A stretch of 64,000 nucleotides of DNA from Polyangiales bacterium (lineage in GTDB: Bacteria > Myxococcota_A > Polyangia > Polyangiales > Polyangiaceae), in assembly GCA_038230915.1 (NCBI GenBank), contig JBBRMI010000019.1, positions 3,444 through 67,443 on the forward strand. Direction: 5' to 3'. The notes beneath the pieces are model-generated. The model was not told the origin of the DNA, did not search any database, and saw only the letters and a program-made list of their open reading frames with translations. Position numbers and translations under genes: made by a program. Below are positions 58,853-64,000 of this stretch, piece by piece; the stretch's first letter is position 1, and each line of letters begins with the position of its first letter.

Positions 58853-59656
58853 TTAGCCGAGCTGGCGTTTCAGTGATCTGCGAATTTGCTCGCGCACCGC
58901 ATGCTTCAGCTCTTCGGAAAGCTCTGGGGCGGGGGTGGCGCCGCAGGCAGACAGCACGCTCCGCAGCGAATGGCAGCGCGTGGCACACTCGGGGCACCCC
59001 GCCACGTGAGCTTCCATGGTCTGGCAGACCTCAGCCGTGACATCGCCCTCTTGGTAGCGGGAAAGTAGATCGACCACGTCAGGGCAAGCGGCACCCGGTG
59101 AGCTCTGCTCGAACCACGGCGCGAGCTGCTCTCTGAGCGCTTTTCGTGCGCGATGGAGGCGACTTTTCACGGCTTCGACGCTGAGGTCCAATGCTTCGGC
59201 GACCTCGGGTGCGCTCAGTCCTTCGACGTCACGCAAGACCAACACCTCGCGCTGGCCAGGCTCGAGCGCTCGGATGGCCGTGTCCAAAGCCTTTTCCAGC
59301 TGCTCCCGCGAAACTGCCTCGTCCGGGGATTGGCGCAGGGGTGCGGCCACTTCGAGCCCGGCACGGTCGAGATCCTGCGTTGGAATTGCGGCCGCGCCGC
59401 GAGTGCGGTGCTTGATGCAATGGCTTCGCGCGATCGCGAACAGCCAGCTCGCGAAATGACTGTCGCCGCGAAACTCCCCGATATGACTCACGACGCTGAG
59501 CAGGGTCTGCTGCAGCACGTCTTCGGCATCCTGAGTGTCCCGACAGAGCTTTCGGCCAAAGCGCAGGACTTTAGGCGCGTAGACGTCGACGAGGCGGGTC
59601 AGGGCTGCCTCGTCTCCAGATCGAGCCCTTTCGACGAGATCGGATTCGGTTTCCAA
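58853..59656 (-). CDS. ECF sigma factor with fused C-terminal zinc-finger (ZAS/zf-HC2-like) domain
   Basis: 'DAEDVLQQT', 'FRGDSHFASWLFAIA', 'LRDVEGLS...AVKSRLHRAR', then 'CPDV..LSRY..AHVAGCPEC'. Confidence 0.9.
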   Translation of the reverse strand: METESDLVERARSGDEAALTRLVDVYAPKVLRFGRKLCRDTQDAEDVLQQTLLSVVSHIGEFRGDSHFASWLFAIARSHCIKHRTRGAAAIPTQDLDRAGLEVAAPLRQSPDEAVSREQLEKALDTAIRALEPGQREVLVLRDVEGLSAPEVAEALDLSVEAVKSRLHRARKALREQLAPWFEQSSPGAACPDVVDLLSRYQEGDVTAEVCQTMEAHVAGCPECATRCHSLRSVLSACGATPAPELSEELKHAVREQIRRSLKRQLG

Positions 59657-59777
59657 GCGCCACCAGCGTGGGGCCGGGCGCCCGCGAGGTAAAGTGCTTC
59701 GTCTCGAATCCTTTCGGCATCCCGCGGCTCGCATTCTTGCTGCGACGCCTGGCGGGGTCTCCGTGCACAGCCGCGCC

Positions 59778-59945
59778 TTATCGAAACCCGCCGGAAGCCA
59801 GCAAGCCTACAACCGCGCCGTAGAGGGTCGCGATGTACGGATTGGAGGTCAGCGGACACGTGCCACTACGGCAGCCATTCAATCGTTGGTACGCGAAGCC
59901 GACGGTTGCTCCGCCCAGCACGAACAGAATCAAACGTAGGGTCAT
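59778..59945 (-). CDS. 55-aa two-TM protein with GCxSGTCP loop (DUF6132-like; not in the ORF track)
   Basis: MTLRLILFVLGGATVGFAYQRLNGCRSGTCPLTSNPYIATLYGAVVGLLASGGFR; GGAGGAG RBS. Confidence 0.8.
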   Translation of the reverse strand: MTLRLILFVLGGATVGFAYQRLNGCRSGTCPLTSNPYIATLYGAVVGLLASGGFR

Positions 59946-59955
59946 CTGCTCCTCC

Positions 59956-60393
59956 TCATCGCGCTTCGGCGCCTAGCGCCAACGCGACCCTTCCGAGCCG
60001 GTCACCAATCGATCGCGCCATCTCATTGAGGGGGCCGCTCTCGGCGCCGAGTTGCGCCATCGGGTCGATCGTCCCCAACATGACGGTTTGATCGGGTCGT
60101 TCGAACAGCACGATATTGCACGGGAGCAGCAAGCCGATGCGCGCGTCAGTCTCGACGGCCTCGAGCGCAAAGCTCGGATTGCAGGCGCCGAAGATCATAT
60201 AGCGCGGGAAGTCCTTCCCCAGCTTTGCCTTGAAGGTTTGCTGGAGGTTGATTTGCGTGATGATCCCGAAGCCTTCGCTCTGTAGCGCCTCCGGTAGCCG
60301 CGCCATGGCTGCATCAAACCCTATGTTCAAGGGGCGCCAGCTGCCGCGATGTGCGTTTTCGATCGAGCCAGTCGGGGTGGTCATGATGGTCAT
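59956..60393 (-). CDS. DUF302-family protein
   Basis: 'EGFGIITQIN', 'IFGACNP', 'IGLLLPCNIV', 'IDP'. Confidence 0.87.
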   Translation of the reverse strand: MTIMTTPTGSIENAHRGSWRPLNIGFDAAMARLPEALQSEGFGIITQINLQQTFKAKLGKDFPRYMIFGACNPSFALEAVETDARIGLLLPCNIVLFERPDQTVMLGTIDPMAQLGAESGPLNEMARSIGDRLGRVALALGAEAR

Positions 60394-60403
60394 CCGTCCA
60401 TTG

Positions 60404-60429
60404 GAGCCGACGACACCCCGAAAGGGTTC
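60404..60429 (-). promoter_or_regulatory. Candidate ECF-sigma promoter of the DUF302 operon
   Basis: GAACCC-N15-GGCTC just upstream of the start codon. Confidence 0.5.
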
Positions 60430-60658
60430 GGATTTTCCAACTTTCAGGACCCGGTGTCCCATTCCTTCAACGACGCGAGGCGAGTAGTAAGCGGCGGTCT
60501 GGCCGAAAATCCCGCCTTGCCAGCCAAAAGGTGACGTACCAAGGCCGAGCGCTTGATGCTGCCGAAAGCAGACCTCGAGCGATTGCCATTTGTTGTCACG
60601 GTCAGAAGGCCAGCGTGACCTCGCCAGGCCGCGTCACGGTGCCGTGACGAACGACTCG

Positions 60659-61159
60659 TCAGGGTCGCGGACGCCGCGAAGGCCGTGACATGCGCATCAC
60701 CGCGGCGCCTGCCCCGAGCAGGAACAGCAGCAGCGCGGGCGCAGTCGGCGCGGGCCCCTTCGTCGAACAGCCGAAGCTCGGATCGGCCACGCCGACGAGC
60801 GACGCGTTGGCCCTGGAGTTGGGGTCCGTCGCGCTCTTGAGCTCGTCGACATCCGACACGCCATCGCCGTCACTGTCAGCCCGGTCGGTGGCCAATTGCG
60901 TGAGAGCGAGCGGGAGTGAATCGCCATCAGCGAGGCCACGGGCGCGCAGCGCGTACCCGAACGGCGTCGTTACGGTTGCGCCGTCGGTTTTGTTCGTGAG
61001 GTGGCAGACGCTGCACGGCGGCGCGTAGTCGAGCTGCAGCTGACTGGCGATGACGCCGGTAAAGCGCGGGACCGCTGACGCCGGTAGCGCGCACAAGGTG
61101 CCCGCCACGATCAGGAGCAGCCGAGCTTGGAGCGATCTGATTGGCATGACGACCCTCAC
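60659..61159 (-). CDS. Secreted mono-CxxCH protein with Ca-binding-like repeat and MYXO-CTERM-like tail
   Basis: Signal peptide, 'CSVCH', 'DSDGDGVSDVDEL', 'FGCS'-linker-TM-Arg-rich end. Confidence 0.7.
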   Translation of the reverse strand: MRVVMPIRSLQARLLLIVAGTLCALPASAVPRFTGVIASQLQLDYAPPCSVCHLTNKTDGATVTTPFGYALRARGLADGDSLPLALTQLATDRADSDGDGVSDVDELKSATDPNSRANASLVGVADPSFGCSTKGPAPTAPALLLFLLGAGAAVMRMSRPSRRPRP

Positions 61160-62352
61160 AAGAAGACGTGCAACTGTGCCATGGCGGCGGTCACCGGAAC
61201 GCGCGACGGCCCGAAAATTTCGCTCCGACGCATCAAATCGACGCGGAGATCAGCGTGCGGGGCAAAGAACCACGCGCTGCCCAGCCAGCCGCCGTACGAC
61301 TGCGCCTGCTTGCCCGGGGTGTACGTCTCGCCAGTGACCATGAAATGAAGGCCTTGAACTGGCTCGACATCCGCCTGCAACATCGTGGCCAGGCCCACCA
61401 GCGACGCCGAGCCGGGCGTGTGCTGCACGAGCACGTCACCTTCGCCCAGCAGTACGAGCGGTTCCCAGGGTGCGAAGCGCGCAAAGACGCCGTGCGCTTG
61501 GCGAGTGTTCGGGACCTTGATCAGTAGATCGCGCGCCGCGTGCGTCGCGAGGCTGCTCACGCCGACCGCCAGCCTGTCTGCCGCCGCGTACTCGGCAGAC
61601 AGGCTGTAGCCGCGCTCGCGGTAGGCATCGGGACGGATCTGGTAATTGCCGGCGAGAACCATCACCTCCGCGCGAATACCGGAGCCATCGAAGGCGAGCG
61701 CGACGCCGTGCTGCTGGGTGTCGTTCAAGTCGGTGCGGGTTGCTCGGCGAACCCACAGCGTGTGCTCGATCGAGCGCACGCCGAACGGCAGATTGATGCG
61801 GCCGAGTCGTAGCAGGAACCGATCGTCACTGATGCCATAGCCGAGCCAGTGCTCACGCGAGATGAAGCGGCCCGCGATCGACGCCCCCGAGCCATCGGTC
61901 GCGGCAACGCCGACGCTGACGTTGGCCCGAAAGTGCCCGACGTCCACTTGGCCCTGCACATCGGTCTGCATCAGGATCGTGCTGGAGGTGAACTTGGCGC
62001 TGCCGACCTTCAGCTCCATAAACATGGGGCGGAATTGTCCGCCTAGCGTCAGCCAGCCCGGCTCTTTGACGAGCCCCCACAAGAAGCCGCCGGCAGTGCT
62101 GGACGGCGAGGCAGGCGAGCCGTAGCGCATGCGCAGTGTCTGCTCGCTTTGATCGCGCCCGTACTCGTTCAACAGACCGGCTCCGGAAGGGTCGGTGTGG
62201 CACGTCGTGCAAGCGCTGTAGTCGTGCCGGATCATCCACGCGTAGGCGTGGGCGTGGCTACTGAACGACAGCGTGAGTAGCGCGACCACGAGCGCCAAGC
62301 ACACACGGGGAAGCAAGTTCGGCCGAAGACTCGACAAACATTTCCTGAACAT
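61156..62352 (-). CDS. Putative outer-membrane beta-barrel with N-terminal CxxCH
   Basis: Signal peptide (AHA), 'CTTCHTDPSGAGLL', alternating beta strands, C-terminal 'LHVFL'; GGAGG not required, ATG 62352. Confidence 0.7.
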   Translation of the reverse strand: MFRKCLSSLRPNLLPRVCLALVVALLTLSFSSHAHAYAWMIRHDYSACTTCHTDPSGAGLLNEYGRDQSEQTLRMRYGSPASPSSTAGGFLWGLVKEPGWLTLGGQFRPMFMELKVGSAKFTSSTILMQTDVQGQVDVGHFRANVSVGVAATDGSGASIAGRFISREHWLGYGISDDRFLLRLGRINLPFGVRSIEHTLWVRRATRTDLNDTQQHGVALAFDGSGIRAEVMVLAGNYQIRPDAYRERGYSLSAEYAAADRLAVGVSSLATHAARDLLIKVPNTRQAHGVFARFAPWEPLVLLGEGDVLVQHTPGSASLVGLATMLQADVEPVQGLHFMVTGETYTPGKQAQSYGGWLGSAWFFAPHADLRVDLMRRSEIFGPSRVPVTAAMAQLHVFL

Positions 62353-62483
62353 GGAGGTGCCGCGTCCGTGCGAGAAGCAGACGGACGGACTACCCTCCTA
62401 ACACGATCCGCCGCGCGCAACGGTTAAGCTCACAACGATATTTGGCGCGGCGAAACGCCGCACCCTCTTAGAACCATCTCCCG

Positions 62484-64000
62484 TCAGTCCGGTGCGGCGG
62501 CGAGGCGGGCCCCGGGCGACCGATCGGTACCGGGTCCACCCCAGCGCCGCTTGACGATCTCGAACCACGCGACGCTGAGCGCTCCTCCGCCAAAGCTCAG
62601 TCCAAGGTCGAGCGGCCCGAGCGCCCCGAAGCGAAACAGACGAGCCAGCGTTGGGACGTAGAGCACGAGCGCCAGGAACAGTAGCGCGCCGACTGTGACC
62701 GCCCACAAGGTTTTGTCCTTGAAGAAGGATGCTGCGCGATCCCTGGACCACGAGCGATTCATGAAGATCAATCCCAAGTTCGCTACGAGAAATGTGGCGA
62801 AAGTGAGCGAGCGAGCTTCGTCCTCGACTCTTCCTAGATGCAGCGACATCGCGTACACGGCCAACACGACGACGAGCACGGCAGCTCCTTGCGCGCTGCT
62901 AATCCCGATCACCCTGCCGCCGAACATCGGTTCTCGGGGCGCACGAGGCGGCCGCTGCATCACGTCGGCCTCTTCCGGCTGCGCCTCGAAGACGACCGAG
63001 CAAGCGGGGTCGATCACTAGGTGCAAGAAGGCAATGTGAATGGGCAGCAAGACGAGCGGCCACCCCATCGCGATCGGTACGAGGGTTAGGCCGACGATGG
63101 GCAAGTGGACGGCCAAGATGTACGCCAGGGCCTTCCTCAAGTTGTCGACGATTCGCCGGCCCGCCCGAATGCCGTATACGAGGGCTGAGAAGTCGTCCTC
63201 CAGCAGTACGACCGCCGCGGCTTCGCGTGCGACATCGGTGCCGCGGGCGCCCATCGCGATACCGACCTGAGCGGCCTTCAGTGCCGATGCGTCATTCACG
63301 CCGTCACCGGTCATGCCGACGATCTCACCATTCGCGGCGAGTGCCTGGACCAGCTTGAGCTTCTGCTCCGGGAGCATGCGCGCGAAAACGCTGGTGTCCG
63401 CCACGCGACGGCGGAGCTCGCCTTCGGACATGGCAGCGAGCTCGGGACCGGTAACCACGTGCTTTGTGTCCAGTCCAGCCTGACGAGCGATAGCCTCGGC
63501 GGTGGATGGGTAGTCACCGGTGATCATCACCACACGGATGCCGGCACTGCGGCACTCAGCGACCGCCGCGGGAACACCTTCACGCACGGGATCCTCGAGT
63601 CCCACGAGTCCTACGAAGGAAAAACCGAGTGCGCCAACGTCGTCCGGGACGGCAGCCTCCAGCACCCCAGAGCGGGCCACCGCCAGCACGCGCAGGCCCT
63701 GGACCGCGAGCGCGCCGACGTCGGCGTCCAAGCCGACTCGTTCTGGTTCGCTCATTCGGCAAAGCTTGGCCACTGCCTCCGGAGCACCCTTGGTGGCCAC
63801 GACGAGCTCAGGGCGGCTCGGATCGCGCCAGATCTGGACGACGGCCAAACGCTCACGGGTGAGCGGGTACTCGCGCACGAGCTCCCAGTCGTCGTGCAAA
63901 TGTTCGGTTCCGCCGAGCTTTCGCTCCCCGAGCTCCTTAAAGGCACGCTCCATCGGGTCAAACGGATCACGACGGCTTGCGAGGATGCTGTACTCCACCG
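62484..64000 (-). CDS. Cation-transporting P-type ATPase, C-terminal half (5' end outside window)
   Basis: 'DPME', 'KGAPE', 'MITGD', 'MTGDGVNDASALK', 'VIDPACSVVFE'. Confidence 0.9.
   Translation of the reverse strand, partial: VEYSILASRRDPFDPMERAFKELGERKLGGTEHLHDDWELVREYPLTRERLAVVQIWRDPSRPELVVATKGAPEAVAKLCRMSEPERVGLDADVGALAVQGLRVLAVARSGVLEAAVPDDVGALGFSFVGLVGLEDPVREGVPAAVAECRSAGIRVVMITGDYPSTAEAIARQAGLDTKHVVTGPELAAMSEGELRRRVADTSVFARMLPEQKLKLVQALAANGEIVGMTGDGVNDASALKAAQVGIAMGARGTDVAREAAAVVLLEDDFSALVYGIRAGRRIVDNLRKALAYILAVHLPIVGLTLVPIAMGWPLVLLPIHIAFLHLVIDPACSVVFEAQPEEADVMQRPPRAPREPMFGGRVIGISSAQGAAVLVVVLAVYAMSLHLGRVEDEARSLTFATFLVANLGLIFMNRSWSRDRAASFFKDKTLWAVTVGALLFLALVLYVPTLARLFRFGALGPLDLGLSFGGGALSVAWFEIVKRRWGGPGTDRSPGARLAAAPD

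Noticed and set aside
60632-60649. Palindrome CGTCACGG-TG-CCGTGACG as an intrinsic terminator
   Set aside because: It has a 2-nt loop and no U-tract, and it occurs once, so no function can be assigned.
1-64000. Many long antisense or alternate-frame ORFs in the track (e.g. 1056-1982, 16085-17086, 37423-38382, 45448-46683, 56281-57591)
   Set aside because: They shadow well-supported genes, lack recognisable motifs and are expected in high-GC DNA.
1-64000. CRISPR array, tRNA or rRNA genes
   Set aside because: No regularly spaced direct repeats with unique spacers and no cloverleaf or rRNA-like sequence were seen by eye; the repeats found are inverted hairpins.

Overview
High-GC window whose gene content and style (Ser/Thr kinase plus PEGA-like neighbour, DUF4388, MYXO-CTERM-like tail, many sigma54-type promoters) suggest a myxobacterium; this taxonomy is inferred. 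Bases 1-~21.6 kb look like core chromosome: rplM-rpsI-argC, uvrB, mannose-1-P guanylyltransferase, an NtrY-like kinase and an M18 peptidase. Its intergenic regions hold a family of long hairpin repeats, a MITE nested in one of them with a 10-bp target duplication, and a dif-like Xer site. From ~21.9 kb to the end lies a mosaic accessory region with many deletion scars and no visible integrase or tRNA. It carries P-type ATPases, a copper efflux cluster (CusABC-like, CopA, multicopper oxidase), PPDK plus pyruvate kinase, USP/GrpE/hemerythrin/flavodoxin genes and a sulfane-sulfur module. Two regulatory layers can be read from the DNA. (1) About 14 sigma54 -24/-12 elements, many with nCGCR-N5-TGCGn palindromes upstream, suggest an enhancer-binding-protein regulon, possibly for low oxygen. 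(2) A GAAYCC-N14/15-GGCTC motif precedes the persulfide dioxygenase operon, the DUF302 operon and, in variant form, both copies of a Cys-rich microprotein-OsmC pair, suggesting the regulon of the resident ECF sigma/zinc-finger fusion. All family calls come from motif recognition by eye, not database searches.
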